NCBI RefSeq assembly: GCF_009914755.1
Contig: NC_060926.1
Source: the human T2T-CHM13v2.0 reference genome, Homo sapiens
Reading direction: 5' to 3' (one strand)
DNA length: 64,000 nt
Part shown: piece after piece, positions 40,585 through 56,981 of the stretch
Layout of the letters: the number at the start of each line of letters is the position of its first letter
How positions within the stretch are numbered: position 1 is the first letter of the stretch
Notes under the pieces: generated by a model
What the model saw: only the letters and a program-made list of their open reading frames with translations
Databases searched by the model: none
Told to the model about the DNA's origin: nothing
Program-made: the position numbers and the translations under genes

Positions 40585-40815
40585 CAGCTATATAGCACTT
40601 ACTCTGTTCCAGGTCTTATTCTAAAATTTTTATACATATTATTTAATTTTCACATCAATTTTTTGAAAAGGTAATACTATTATCTCCACTTTACAGATGT
40701 GGAAACAGAGACTCAAAGTGAATAACTGCCAAAGATTAGTAAGTGGCAGCCCTAGGATTTTAATCAGGCTGTCTGGTTCCAGGCTGAAGCTCTTAAGGAC
40801 TACATCAGGTTGCCT
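40585..40815 (-). mobile_element. MIR
   Basis: attatctccactttacagatgtggaaacagagactca...agtaagtggcag. Confidence 0.85.
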
Positions 40816-43800
40816 CAACAGGCTGAATGTCAGCCAAGAGTAATGAGATAGTACAAGCAAAAATACAGGATGGGAAGCTACCTCCCTTATATGGAAGACA
40901 ACAAAGAGATCACTCTGTAATTAATGATTTGAGTTGGGGCTTGTGGGAGATATTGGCAAGGTAGGCTAAGCTCAGCATAGTGAAGCCTGTCTCTATTGTT
41001 GACGAAACTGATGAGAGGCTTTTTTAAGGCACAAATAGAATTTCCTGTTCCTTCCATCACTTTCAATTGATTTCTAGGCTAAGACAGAAAATGGAAATTG
41101 CATCTGTTTAAGTAATAGATGATCCTCTTTAAGTGATGGACTCAGAGCTCAAAAGTATCAAAAGAAAAATTCAATTCACAAAGCACTGCTTCACATGACA
41201 CAGAACAAGCTGTTAGCCCAATTGGCATTTTTTTAAATAGAGCTGCCTTTTGTGACTCCATTAATGCTTCTCAGGGGCCATAGCCTGAAAAATCTAGAGT
41301 TATTTGTTTGGGAAGACTGAAAAAATATGCCTTTGTGAAACCAAGCTTTTCATAAGTAAGAAATGGCTTTATTGTCCTTGTTCTCTAATTATTCTAATTT
41401 AGGAGCCCTGATCTTGCTTTAGTGCCCGACAGTCAGCAAGGGGAAAGCACTGCTAATACCCACAATATTGATTTATTTCTAATAGGCATATGTTTTTCTA
41501 CAGCCTGGACTTATTTTATCTGCTAGCAGGTGCCCTTGACACATTGAAAACCTTCAACTTATGTACAAGTATTAGGTATTATATACATATGTGTATAGCC
41601 ATTAGAGTATACTTAAGTGACATTTTTACTACTAAAAAGAAGCTTAATAACCATATAAACAATATTGATTTCCTACAGAAATAACTATTTGAATTCAATT
41701 TTGAGAAGTTGTAATATGTAGCCATGACTCAGTAATTTGCCCAGCAGCACAATGTACTCAGCACTAAGCATTTGTATTAATGCCAATTACTTGAAATGGT
41801 ACAAGGAAAAATGAAAAACCATCCAAGATCCTAGGGTTTTTCAACTATTTCTGAGTGCTATTTTGGTTAATTAAAAGGTAAACATTTTTTTCCATACATT
41901 GAGTTTAAAAACTGGTGAAAAGAGCTAAAAACCAGTGTCAGGTAAAAATCTATAGTGAGAATTTATCTCTCCTTGCTAAGATCAGGAAAGCTTTTTACTC
42001 TAAACTATAAAACTAAGGTGATTTTAGTGCTTAGCATGTCAGTCTTAGAATAGTAACTCAACAAATAATTATTGAACAAATATATTGATGAAAAGGATAT
42101 GTAAAAATACATGAGGCCTCAGTTATAAATACTCACATCACTAATAATGCAATTTCTTACCTAGGCTTCAGGGCTAATAAAATTGACTCTCCCACAGTGA
42201 TAAGGACCATATTTCTCTAGTAGCATCAAATTATTGCTGAGAGCAATATTCATGATTTTGCTGAAGGCCTTTGTGTAACCTTTGTGTAATCTAACTTCCT
42301 TAAACACTTAATTTCAGGAAAACGCCTTTTATCAAAACTGAGGCACTGCTTTTTCTTATAGAATGGAAATTGTATATCGTGCTTTGTTTTCTCCCTTTTT
42401 GCCTTGACTCATAGCAATCATATTAGTTTAAATAGTTCATATATTTGTTTTCCGTCTAACTTTATTTTTAATTTTGTTTTGTAATTAAATCGTTATTTAT
42501 CTTTATTATAAGCTAATTTTAGCCAGTACTCACTGTGTTATACTATTTTTTATCTAAATTATTCTGTTTCACTCTATCCTGTGAGGCCATAAATGGGAAC
42601 TTGATTTACAGGAGATTCTGTATTATGTAAGCAATTAATTTCAGTCATTTCAGGAATTATTTTTCCTACCTTATTTTAATCGTACTTAAAATCTACAGAA
42701 AAACAAGTTCATAATTATAACAATTCTAGGGAGTATTATGATCATATTTATAAATCAGGCTTGTTTGTGGTCATAAAATGGTTTCAATTATAACTGATTT
42801 AAATTTAATAGCTTCTTCATGAGAACCTGAATTATGCTGAATACTGTCAGTAAGCCCTTCTGATTCAAAGATGAATATGACATGGTTGCTACAATAATAA
42901 GTAAACAATTGCACCCAGTCCAATCCTGCACGACTAGATGCAATCTTTTTGAGTCACTTTACAAGTGTTAAATATTCACCTTTTAATATGCATGCTGACA
43001 ATACTTCCCCTTGTGCTACAAAAACTAAGCACAATAAAATAAAGGTTTATGCCATAAAAATATGTCTTTGCTTCCTTTTTTCAGTCTTTCTAAATTCCAT
43101 GTGAAAGTTTCTGTGTCTTGGCGTTCGATTCTCTAAGAAATTTCATTTAGAGAGATGAAATGATTACTAAGTTTCATTAGAGGGTTTCCCTTACATGTAA
43201 ATAAATGTTTCAAAGGTCTTAAAATTTGACAATTCATAATAAATAGTACAACAGTAGAATTAATTAATTAAACAGAGACCTGTATGGCATGTTGCTTTGC
43301 TTTTCAACATTTTGCATTTAGTGTATGGAATGATATACCATGCAAACGATTCAACTGGATAATTTCCAGTTTTCCTTCTAGAGTAACTCTGCTGTATATG
43401 ACTACAATTTTAATGGGGTTTGAAAAGAATAACGAGAAGAGAACCAGAAATGCTGCATTGTTAAATCCATAGAAGATGCTGAAAAAATAATAAAATCAAC
43501 AATTATATTTATCCCGTTGTTATAAGGGAAAAAAATACCAGAAATTCAACAGAGTTTCTTTCACAAATACTATTATGTTTATGTGCTTACTCTGTTAATG
43601 GTAATAATAAATTAGCATTTTGTTTTTCTGACATGCTTCTGCATTTCACACATAACAAGTATGCAATCTCATAAAATTATTTGCAAGAATGCTTTTTTTT
43701 TAATTAAAATGAATGTTTTAGTGACTGGTATGCTAGAATTCAAGTTTAATTCTTAAAGGCACATACAACAAATTATGTTTGGGAAAATTTGACTTTCATT

Positions 43801-43861
43801 TATCAAAGTTAAAATTCTACTTCTCAATTTACATATATTTTGATTATGACATAATTTAATT

Positions 43862-44435
<574 letters not shown>

Positions 44436-46811
44436 ATGCAGCTAGGTTTCTAAGGGAACATCTAATATCAACGGCAATACTGCTTAAAAACTGTTCAAGA
44501 TTCATCAGTGACACAAGGATTTATTTATTATTATTTTCTATAACACTGATGGTCTTCTATTTCTCTCTACATAGTACATTGAAATGCATTTCACATTATA
44601 TTACTTAGTCTAAACTACTATTTTCCCCATTATTTTATATTACTACCAGTTTACTTTATATTGCCAAGGTTCTCATAAAGAAAGTGGAATTGCATAAGGT
44701 TCACTGATTTTTTGGGGAGAACACAGCAACCACAAGCTTCGAAGACAGAAAGGGCTCAACATTTCTGAAGAGTTTATCTCAAGGATTCCCTCAGAACTTA
44801 CCTCTCTTAAGAAGTGATCTGCTTTAGATGTTTGAATTTAATCATCCAAGGAGACCCTATGTATTATTTGGAGGTTAAACTAGTCCTGAATTTGGACTCC
44901 TGAGTATTGAATTAATCCTTGAGAAAGATTTTCAGTCCTATTAATAGCATAAACGGTTTTCTAAATCTTTTTTTTCCTAGACACATCTAGGTCATATTGG
45001 AACTGCAATAAAATCCCTTGTTTTCCAGGAAAACAATTCTGCACTTTCGGAGAGAGATTAAGTAGTGTAGGAAGGCAAAAATAAAGGAGTCCACTTTCTT
45101 AAACTGTTAAATCTATACATTTGTATATATGGATCACAACATGCAAGGCCCTGATTGAAACTGTTTTTTTTTTTTTTTTTTTTGCTGTTGTTTCTTTATA
45201 CACAAGTTATCTAAAAGGGACCAATTTTGCTCATTGCATTTACTCTTTACAACTGACTCCACTCCCAGCATCATCAGGGACAACTAGAAAACAAGGAGAT
45301 CACATTTAAGTTACTGACAACCATTAAAATATTTTACTATTACATTTATATTCCCCACAATTCAGGAAATAACAATCCACAATGACTTTGTGGAAAGTGG
45401 CATGTAGTGTTGAGAGGACGAGGGGTTGAAGGTGTAATGGTGGAGGGTGACAAGAAATAAATATTTCATAAGTACATTTAAAAGACTTGAAATCTCTACT
45501 CTTGTAATTTCTGACCTTTCCAGAATCCTAAGCCAAATAAAGGGGAGCCATGGCCTCATTCTAACTTCTAACTTTCAATAATCTGTTTTTGTTAGACTTA
45601 TTGCCCTACAGATAGGTAAAAATGAAGAAAGAGAGTAAGTTCCCTTTAATACAGTGAAAAAAATTCCTTAAGTGTCTTCCTTAAATACTTCACCAAATTA
45701 AAATTTTCTTCATCTGATTCCACTATATGAAGCTGATATATAATTTTTTAAGGACTCACACAAATATTTTCAGTTCCCATAGAATTATTTTACCTCATGT
45801 CTCCTGACAGCATCATGCACACAAACACACACAGAGAGTTGTTTAGTATTTGGGAGAAAATTGATGCCTAAGAGCCTCTTGTTGCTATTTTGGGTATTGC
45901 CTGCTGTCCCAGTACTAGTGCCAGCTTGTATCCACTAGCAAATAATGCAATGTTTTGAGGCAAAAATCTCTATTTGCATTTTGAGTTTTCTCATTTCACA
46001 ATTTCACTAATAATTGTGAAATATTTACAGCACTGTTTGGATCAAGTTACCTGAGGGAAAAACATTTCTGCCAGGCACATTTCCATATAGGCAGCATCAC
46101 TTTTCACCAAAAAATAAAAAATAAAACCTTCCTGGAAAATAGGTCATTATGTGAATTGCCATGAAAAGCACAGTGTTTTCCTCGAAGATTAATGTGGTTG
46201 TATTTCTGACCAAATGGTTTATGTTCAATAAACTTTTATATTGATTTTAAAAGAATAAATTTATACCAATTCTTTTAAATGAACCATAAAGCTTAACATA
46301 AGCTTCAATGTGCTATGGACTATGTATTGTTCACAAAAATAAACTTCTATTGTATCGTGTATATAACTAGCCTAATGTTATTCTATTACTCTGGGTATAA
46401 TAAGCACTTGATACATTTTTATTATCATATTAAGAGCTTTAAAGAATATGTTTGCCATCTCATGACTTATATAGAATCCTTGAGATCATTTTGATAATAA
46501 ATTCTCATTAAAATACTGTTCAATCAAGTCACAACTGACAATTTAATTTTCTATAAGTACATTTCATTATGCACACTTTGAATTTACATCTTACAAAAGG
46601 CTTATCTAGTTATAGTTTACACAGCCTAGCACTCAAAAAAAATGTGAGTGCTTGGGCACAATGTCATTTTATTATCCATTCTAATAGTGTTTTAATTTGT
46701 AGGTTTAAAAGATACATATTTATTATAATCATTCATATGATTTGTTTGGTTAATAATTTTATTATTTGTTTCTGTTTGTTTTCTTTTATTCCTATTCCTT
46801 TCTCCCTCTTT

Positions 46812-47121
46812 CTTTCCTTTTTTTTTTTTTTTTTTTTAATTTGAGGCAGGGTCTCACTCTGTTGCCCAGGCTAGAGTGCAGTGGTGCAATCATGGTTCAC
46901 TCACCGCAGTGTTGACCTCCCCGGCTCCAGCAATCCTCTTACCTCAGCCCCCTGGGTAGCTGGGACCACAGGTGCACATCACCTTGCCCAGATAAATTTT
47001 TAATTTTTTTGTTGAGATAAGGTCTCACCATGTCTCTCAGGCTGGCCCCAAACTCCTGGGCTCAAGCAATCCTCCCGCCTCTGCTTCCCAAAGTGCTGGG
47101 ATTGAGCTACCATGTCTGGAC
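46812..47121 (-). mobile_element. AluJ
   Basis: gaggcaggggtctcactctgttgcccaggc...ctcctgggctcaagcaatcctcccgcc. Confidence 0.93.
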
Positions 47122-47789
47122 TTCCTTCTTTTTATGTTATTTGAACAATGTTTAGAATTACAGTTTAATTTTCTATTTTGTTTTTTACTGTATCTCTTTA
47201 TATAGGTTTTAAAATTTGTATCATTATGGATTAAACTGCAAATAATTAGTTTTTCATATTCCAATTAGAGTCAGTATTTTCCCCTTCAAATATAGTTTAT
47301 GTAGAATTCTGAATCACCATCTAGTTCCCCTTACCTTGTACCCTTTATATTATATTATTTTCTGTATTATTTCTATAAACAATAAAAACCCATTAAAGTA
47401 TAATTTTTTTTGCTTTTAACACTCAAACATATTTTAAATATCTTAAGAGAAGAAAAATCCATTATATTGACTCAGATATATATCATTTTGGTTGTTCTTT
47501 CTTGGTTCCTAATTTCCAAGTTTCCTTCTGGAGTCATTTCTATTGTATATACAAAGCTTTCTGTAGCAATTAAAGCACATCTGCTGACAAAAAAAAACAA
47601 AACAAAACAAACAAAAAACCCCTTCATTTTCTTTGTCTTCATCTCATTCATGAAATTTGTTTTCATTAGATATAAAAATCTGGATTGGTTTTTTTTTTTT
47701 AAAACACTTTACTAATATCATACCACTTCCTCCTGGCCCCCAGTTTCTGATGGAAAATCCAGTAACTCAAATTGTTGTTCTTGTATTTC

Positions 47790-47996
47790 CTAGTTTTACA
47801 CTTTTTACATTTTGGACAAGATAATTCTTTGTTGTATATATGTGGTTGGGGGGGGATTTGGGGGTGTTCTGTGCATTGTAGGATGTTAAATGATGTCTCT
47901 GCCCTCTGTCCATTCTCCTCCTAAGTCATAACAAACACGTGCCCAAACATTACCTTTGAGGGAACAATTGCCCCCTGTTGAAAACCATTGCTCTAC
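47790..47996 (+). mobile_element. MER20-like hAT DNA transposon
   Basis: acatttttggacaagataattctttgttg...tgttctgtgcattgtaggatgtt...ccccctgttgaaaaccattgct; orientation assigned from memory. Confidence 0.75.
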
Positions 47997-48817
47997 AGAT
48001 AACGTATTAAGTCCTCTAGATGTTTTAAAGACTCTTCCTTGTCATAGTATTTAGCAGTTACATAATAATTTATTTCAGTTAGGATTTCTGTTGGTTCCAC
48101 ATTTGGGTATATCTGAGTGGTTATAGGTTTATGTCTTTCACCATGTTTTCAGCCATTACATCTTCAAATACTTCTCAGCACTGACATTTTTCTCCTCTTC
48201 TAGATTGTGATGACACAAATGTTAGATTTTATGTTGTTTTCCCATATGTCCCTGAGACCCTAATCATTTTTTTCTCAATAGTGCTTTGCTTTGCAGTTTG
48301 TTCACTTTGTTTGATTTTCAAGTTCAATTGCCAAGTTTGCTGATCCTTTGATATCTCAATTGTGCTACTGTGCCCGTCTTGTGAGGTTGTTTTATCTTAT
48401 TATTGCATTTTTCAGTTCTCAAATTTTTATTTGGTTTTCCTTTGTTTTATTTTACTGCTAAGTGTTTTTAATCTTCCATTCAAGAGTCCATCTTCTTTTT
48501 ACAATTGCTACTTTTAAGTCTTTTTCAGATAATTCTTACATCTGTGTCATCTCCCACTTCGTTATCTTTTCCCATGAGAATTTCCTGACTCTTTCTATCC
48601 AGAGGAGTTTTTTATTCTATCCTGGAAATTTTGAATACTATTTTAGGGGAATACAAGTCTTAATTAAATCTTATAGAGGATATTTATATTTTTTGTTAGG
48701 TGAAGCCCACAAGTTCCAACTCACTTCCTGTGGGCTGTGGTGCTAACGCTTGTTCCATTTTCAAAGTATTTTCTCTGCTCCTAGGATCTGTCTCTCTCAA
48801 ATGTGTAACTCAGCGAT

Positions 48818-49273
48818 TTTGCCAGGGTGAATAATGTCCCTCATATATATCCATGTCCTAATTCCTAGAACCTGTGATGTTACTCCATATGGCAGAGGGG
48901 ATCTGGCAGATGTGGTAAAGTTAAAGACTTCAAGAAAGGGAGATCTTGATTATTCAGATGGGCACTAAATGCAACCACAACTCTCCTTATAAGTGGGAGG
49001 CAGAGGGAATTTGGACTACAGCAATAAGAGATGCAATGAGAAAAGCAAGTGACTGGAGTGATATGTTATGGCCAAGGAATGCCAAGAAAGGGTGGCAAGA
49101 AGTTGGAATAGGCAAAAGATGAATCTCCCCTGGTCCTCTAGAGGGAACCAACTATGCCAACCCATTTATTTTAGCTTCTTACGACTTCTCACTTCCAGAA
49201 ATATAAGACAATAACTTTATGTCTTTTTAAACTACTTTGTTATACTTCGTTAAAGCACATAGGAAATTAATAA
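48818..49273 (+). mobile_element. MLT1 (C/D-like) MaLR solo LTR
   Basis: gaataatgtccc...tccatgtcctaattcctagaacctgtga...ccttataagtgggaggcagaggg...ataggaaattaata. Confidence 0.85.
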
Positions 49274-50102
49274 AATGACCATACTGGCATCTGAAGTTTA
49301 TCCCTTTTAATACAGATTTCAAATCCTTTGGTATGTTGATCAGCATCAGATCTACACATGCTCCATTTAGAATGAGCCAGGGAGCTCACAGACAAATTTT
49401 GGGGTTAGTTTTTTCCCATCTTCTTTATCTCTGTATAATCTCCCTGATATTTGCTGGTTTCTTTTGGCCCTCTGGGTAGAAAAATGTGTGCTTTAGTTAT
49501 CTTGCTCTGCTGCTATGACTCAGAAAATGCATACATATCTTAGGCCAAGCAGCAGGAGAACAGAGTGAGAAAAAAAGCAAATGGATGAGGGGAGTTGCCC
49601 CACACTCTTGGAATGACAGCTCCACCAATTTAAGAGGAAGACTAGCTTTCCTCTGAATTGGGGTTCCTGTGGCTCCTTTGCTGTTGAGGTCATGGACTCC
49701 CTAGAATTTCTTGGCAGCAAGACTGGAGAGAGTGGAGAAAAATAATGATAAATTTCACATTGCCTAAAAATGTTGAGTTCCATTGCCATCTTCTTGAACT
49801 GGGTTTTGGGGTCACATATACCCTTCAATGTTTCAGTCTACAAAATCAAATCCAAGGTTAAACAATAAAAGCATTGGAAAAATCTTCCATTTCCAAAATT
49901 GTCTATAAACAAAAACATAATCTCTTGATTTGTACTATGTTCATTCAATTAAATTAGAAAAACACACCCGTATGACTAGATTGCAGTTTATTCAAACGAA
50001 CACAACTTTAAACATGCTAGATGTTTTCTAAGTATATACAACATCATGGGAGATAGACTTTGGATGAGAATTATTTTCTGTGGATTTCCTAATTATTAAA
50101 CA

Positions 50103-50402
50103 TTTTTTTCTTTTGCTTTTTTTTGAAACAGAGTCTTGTTCTGTCGCTCAGGCTGGAGTGCAGTGGGGCAATCTTGGCTCATTGCAACCTCTGCCTCCTG
50201 AGTTCAAGCAATTCTCCTCAGCCTCCCAAGTTGCTGGGATTACAGGTGTGCACCACAATGCCCAGCAAATTTTTGTATTTTTAGTAGAGAGGAGGTTTTG
50301 CCATGTTGGCCAGGCTGGTCTCGAACTCCTGGCCTGAAATAATCCGCCCGCCTCAGCCTCCCAGGGTGCTTGGATTACAGGCATGAGCCACGATGCCCGA
50401 CC
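50103..50402 (-). mobile_element. AluS
   Basis: Full dimer with a small internal deletion; flanks taaacattt / aaaacattt. Confidence 0.95.
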
Positions 50403-50831
50403 TAAAACATTTGATTCTAATTGATCATGTTTAAGAGAAAATAAGAGTTTTATTCAAAGACAATGGGCACTTTTTTGGTATATTTATTTCTGTTTAACAT
50501 ACTCTAAGTGGAAAAACTAGACAGTGGCCTAATATCAATGTAAGTATATTTTACAATCTGAACGGAAATTTCATAATAAATAAAGATATTAAGGCTGATA
50601 TAATCCATCAAGCTTACTGATATTTATGTTTTCAGCTGTAAGATGATATTGGTTGTAAAATTATTTTAAAATATTTTGTTTGTTGTTGTTAATACATAAT
50701 GAGATTTTAATTCTTCATATGTCCTCTAGAAATCACCAGATAGGGATCAGAAGCACATAGCACAGTGCCTGGCATACAATAGGCACTAAGTAAATGTCAA
50801 AAACAAAAAATAAAAAAAAACCCAACAACTC

Positions 50832-51221
<390 letters not shown>

Positions 51222-51509
51222 TCATATACATCTATGACAACATTATCTCTTGGCCATTGCTATGTCAAATGTTAGTCTTGATGGACACTTAGAGAAAAAT
51301 TTGAAGATATGTTAGCTACAGCTGAGTTATTATATGAATTAGTCTGAAATTTTTCTACCCCTGATGTAAACACTAACTTTGATAAAATCAAATCTGTTTT
51401 CAAATAAGAATCGTTGGAATAACTGGTACCCTGTTTAGTTGATAAATTTTGTGAATTATTGCAAAAGGAAATATGCTCTAGTGGGTAAGTCAAAAACCTA
51501 TTAAATTGA

Positions 51510-51925
51510 TGACTTATTCATTTATTCAGCAAATATTTTTAAAATATGTTTATGTTCTGGATAAATAAGGTATAACTTGTCTTAAAAGAGCGTAACAGCA
51601 GCTGAGTATTAAATAAATAACTGCAATGACTGTGATAAATACCTAAGCGTAGGAACAAAGAATACAGTGAATCATTCTTACTTCAGGGCCATAGGAAATC
51701 TTACACATATAAACTTCCTAGCAGGATCTTAAATGAGGAGAAACTTTCTAGGGATTACGGAGGCAAAGAGAAGATGGGGGACATTCCAGAAAGTATCTTG
51801 AAGAAATATGGCATACTTGGGGTATACAAGCTGTTCACTGTTCAAATGATCAAATGGAGGGGAGGAGCAGAGAGAGAAATAGGCATGGGTCAAATCACAG
51901 AGATCCTTGATTACATGCCGTGTGT

Positions 51926-51965
<40 letters not shown>

Positions 51966-52190
51966 AAACTTTCCTATAGCTTCATGAAGCTACCTCTCAA
52001 ATATTTATTCCTAGGTCTGGCCACTTTCTTGATGTTCAGACACACATTTCCAACTACTTTCAGAGCATTTCATATTGGTACTCCATCAGTGTTTTAAAAA
52101 CAATGTGTTCAAACTGGAACTTATTCTCTGTCCCTCTCTCTTCCTGTATCAGACTCTTCCAAACCAAAAGCCATTCCACACAACTATAGT
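51510..52190. mobile_element. L2 fragments (- then +) around a (TG)n at about 51920-51961
   Basis: ttattcatttattcagcaaatattt is an L2 end in reverse; ttcagacacacatttccaactac...tgtgttcaaactggaactt is L2 on +. Confidence 0.6.
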
Positions 52191-53702
52191 AACAAACTTG
52201 AATAGATAAGGCCCTTATCCCAAACATTTTCATGAATGTGTGTGTATTAGAAACATATTTTTAAAATAAGTTGAAACTTCTGAAACTGCACTTTCCAACA
52301 TTGTTTTGACACAAGACTGGTTTGAAAATTTGTGGGAAAGAAATAGTAGGGAGACTGTGCTGATCACAGACTGGATGAGGTAGGCATTTTCTGCAAAAAA
52401 AACCCGATATATTCTAGGTAAAAAGATTTAATTTCAGGGAAGAGCAACTTGTTATAAAATTAATAAAGAACCCTGAATAGACTGTCACCAATCTACATTT
52501 CCATATATCTGAATATTTCTCCTGCCTCGACCACATGAACAAGCTATTCAAGCAAAAACAAACAAAAACAGGCAAGAGACAGAGGACAGAGAAAGTCAGA
52601 AATGCTTGGGAAAGAAATACAAAATCAGTTTGATTTACAATATACTATGGGCAATTTCAGTTATCTTTGGAATATAAATCATGAACAAGAGAAGGTTGGA
52701 GTTCTGTTTGTATTGCATGTTGCCACTGTGATACTCACATTGATTCTCCACCATAAAAATTTATTTCTGAACTAAATAAATATTCATCAATAGATATATT
52801 ACAGAGAAAAAACCTGACTCATTTCTGAAAATTCATGCTGAGAGGAAAATAAACTAATTCACTATGTCTTGTGTGATAGTCATGCATTTTCATTTTCACT
52901 TTCAGGGTGTAACACAGTAAATGTTTGTCAGAAATAACACTATCAGGAAATTTGATTATTCAGGAATATATTTGAAGACAGTTGAGCCTAAATATATACA
53001 AAACAGTTTAAAGTGAAAAAATTGCAGCAATATATCTCAAGAAGTGATTTTTAGTTGATATGCTCCATTTTCTTACAGTTAAATGTGTCTATAGAAAAGA
53101 AATAATTAACCTAAATGTTTTCAAATTTTTGAATGTTTGCTTCACTCATAAAACGCTTAATACTAGTTGGTATACTTGTTTATATAATAACCATTCATTA
53201 ATATGTTCTGCCTGTAACAAATAAACAATGTCACAGAACAATAATTTTATAAAGCAAGTAAGAAAGTTTTCAATTTTCAGTTTACCTAAAAATTGTTTCA
53301 GATAGGTTTTATCATGAAGTCAAAATATTATTTCTTTTGTGTAAATTATAAGTATAGATTTTCCTAATGATTAGTGTACTCTCTAGCACGAGATAAACTA
53401 GCATCAGTATTACTATTCTGATAAATATTCCTTATTCATATCAAATTTAATTTGGCTTGAGTAATAAGCCTTTATTTTGATTGTGCTTAGTCTTGATTCT
53501 CAGACTTTATTAAATAGACCATGCATATAATTTACTTTCTTTCCATTAAATCACTACTCTCTAGGTCATGAAGGATATAGTCACGAAATTTCACAACAAT
53601 ATTATCTTTATGAGATTTGTTTTCATCATTTCACATAAATTATATCTGTTTAGACTGTCTATTACTAGGTGAAGAATTTCTTTTGTTCAGTTCTGCTGTT
53701 AC

Positions 53703-54009
<307 letters not shown>

Positions 54010-54439
54010 TGCTGTTACTTTTTGTATGTACTGATTGATGTGTCTTAAATGATATATATAATATTTATTTGGTGATTTATGATTTTTATTATTTTTTAGT
54101 TATTATGTCCTTTCAAGATAATTAGATTTTACAATTTTTACTTTGATAATTGATCTTGGATTCGATCTGAATAAATATATGGCCACATTTAAATATTTTG
54201 CTAAAAAGCAGCAGTTTTAGTCTTAATGTATTCGAAGGTCATAATTATATCTTAAATATACATATTAAAATTAATATATGTATATTTTACACATATTAAC
54301 ATGTTTAATCTTTAAAAATAAGCTTATGAAATATAGAATGATACTTCCATTAGCCAGATTTTTACCTGGAAGTAAAGAATATCTATAGACTGAAAGGAGT
54401 GCTTCAAATAGAGTAAGAGTGATATGCTATGAGAATACA

Positions 54440-54740
54440 CAGGCCAGGTTTTCTACCCAGGCAGCAGGCAGATGGTAGGGGTGGTTTCCCAGAAGAGACA
54501 GAACAGAGCTGAATTTCAGGAATTAACAGCAGCCAACTAGGAGCAAATAAAATGAAAAGTCATTCCCTATTGAATGAACTGTGTATGTAAAACCACAAAA
54601 AAAAATAAGAGAAATTACAATATTCAAGAATTGCTAAGGCAGTTCTTGTAGACATAAACCATAGAGAGTGTAGCTGGCAAGAGCAAGAGGTTAGAATGAA
54701 CAAGACATTTAGGTGCTTATATCACAAAAGCTATATCTCA
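54440..54740 (-). mobile_element. L2 fragment
   Basis: tttcccagaagag...gagctgaatttcaggaa...cattccctattgaatgaactgtgtatgtaaaacc. Confidence 0.45.
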
Positions 54741-55977
54741 GCATATTCCTGTGTTGAGGGAGTTACTCCAAAATTTCCCTGTTTCCTAGGTAGCCATATT
54801 CTATGTCCCACATCCCTGAATCCTCTCCAAAGTTGAATGGAGTAGGCAGAGCATCTGAACAAAGCCAGCCAGGCAATTTGTAGAACTGATAACCTTTTGG
54901 GTTTTATAATCTAGCCATTCTAGATATCTAGGAAATTAATATGCCTATCTCCCTTTATCAAAATTTTTAGTCAGCACTTACGACTGTTCAGATTTGCAGA
55001 AGAATCTTGAATGCATTGGACATGGACAGAAACTCCGGGTCTGAAAATAAAAAGCACAGAAAAAAATAAGGTGAATATGCATATATTGGAGATACTATTT
55101 TGTGGTCAAGGTCAAAAAAATTGAATTGCATTTAATAAGGAAAAAGAAATATTGCTCATCATCAAATAGTACTGAACAACGGGAAATACAATTTATCTGG
55201 CATTACTGATATATTTATGAATATCTGACAGCTAATTAAAATATTTTTAATGTTATTAGGGATAGACTTGGGCTGATATGTAGTATTTATGAGTTGGTCC
55301 ATTTATAAAACTCTTTTGAAATATCAATCCATATTTTATTGGTTTAATTAGTTTGGATTAATTAGTTAATTAGTGTAGAATTCCTAGGTAGATTTCAAAA
55401 AAGATTGATACATATTTTATTCAAGAATCAATCTGTCTGACTTTCAGTTGTATAATTACTTTTCTAAAGCACACACAAATAATGAAAATACTCTAGGGGA
55501 GACTGGCATTTGTTATGTAACTACTAAATGATTTATTTATTACCATAAATTAATTAATTTTTAAAATGACTATAAGAGATTTTTATAATCTATAAAGAAA
55601 GAAATCAAGATTCAGAAAAATTAAGTAATTAATCCAATATCAAACAATAGAGCCTGTTTCTATACTGGTCTTATTTAAAGATAATATTTTTTCATATATC
55701 ACTCTACAGAGAATTTCATTGATAAAATGGACATTTGTGCCCTTAAAAAGAATTATACTTTTTAAACATCATAAATTCTCAACTTTCTTTGAAATTCACA
55801 CTGACTTTGTTACACGAAGTTGAACCCTCTTGCCTTCTACCAAAACCATAGTGCTACACTGATTTCATAACAGGTCATAGTTAGTAATATGTGGTGGGTT
55901 CTAGGAATAATAATTTATAATTATACTCATTTCAACTAAAATATGTTTAAAGTAATTACATAGCTGATTTTAAGTCA

Positions 55978-56155
55978 ACTGTGCTCAACTCTGGCTATGC
56001 GTTATACTAGAGTGGTAACTTTAAAAATATATATCCTTGCCTAGGGCCCATCATACAGTATTTTTATCAGAAACAATGAAGAAGAAGAAAGCGCATCAGA
56101 ATTTCATGAAGTTTTCTATGTGATTTGATTGGTCAACTAGAATTGAGAGTAGTAC
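55978..56155. mobile_element. MER5-like DNA transposon
   Basis: gtgctcaactctggct...tttaaaaat...tgcctagggccca...tgtgatttgat...tagaattgagag. Confidence 0.55.
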
Positions 56156-56629
56156 TTTTAAATTTGAGGCTTTTATTCAATATAATACTGGAAGTCTTGG
56201 CCAAAGCTGTTAGGTAAGAGGAAGAAAAGTAGGGCGTTCGATTGGAAAGGAAGAAGTCAAATTAGCCTTGTATACAGATGATATGATCTTATATGTGGAA
56301 AAAGCTAAAGACTCCACCAAAAAAACCTGTTAGAACTGATAAATGAATTCAGTAAAGCTTCAGGATACAAAAATCAACATACAAAACCAGTTACATTTTT
56401 GTATGCCAACAGTAAACATCCTGAAAACAAAATCAAGAAAGTAATCTTATTTACTACAGCTACATAGAATATAAAATACCCAGGAATTGATTTAGTCAAA
56501 GATGTGGAATATCTATCTACACAAGGAAAACTATAAAACTGATGAAAGGAATTGAGAAGATACAATGAATGGAAAATTATTCCATGATCGTGCATTAGAA
56601 GAATTAATATTGCTAACATGACAATACTA

Positions 56630-56981
<352 letters not shown>

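Larger units (their letters stand above)
47130..49830 (-). mobile_element. Decayed L1M (ORF1 and 5' region) with nested MER20 and MLT1
   Basis: taccacttcctcctggccccc...; ttcagccattacatcttcaaatac; ttattgcatttttcagttctcaaattttt. Confidence 0.65.
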
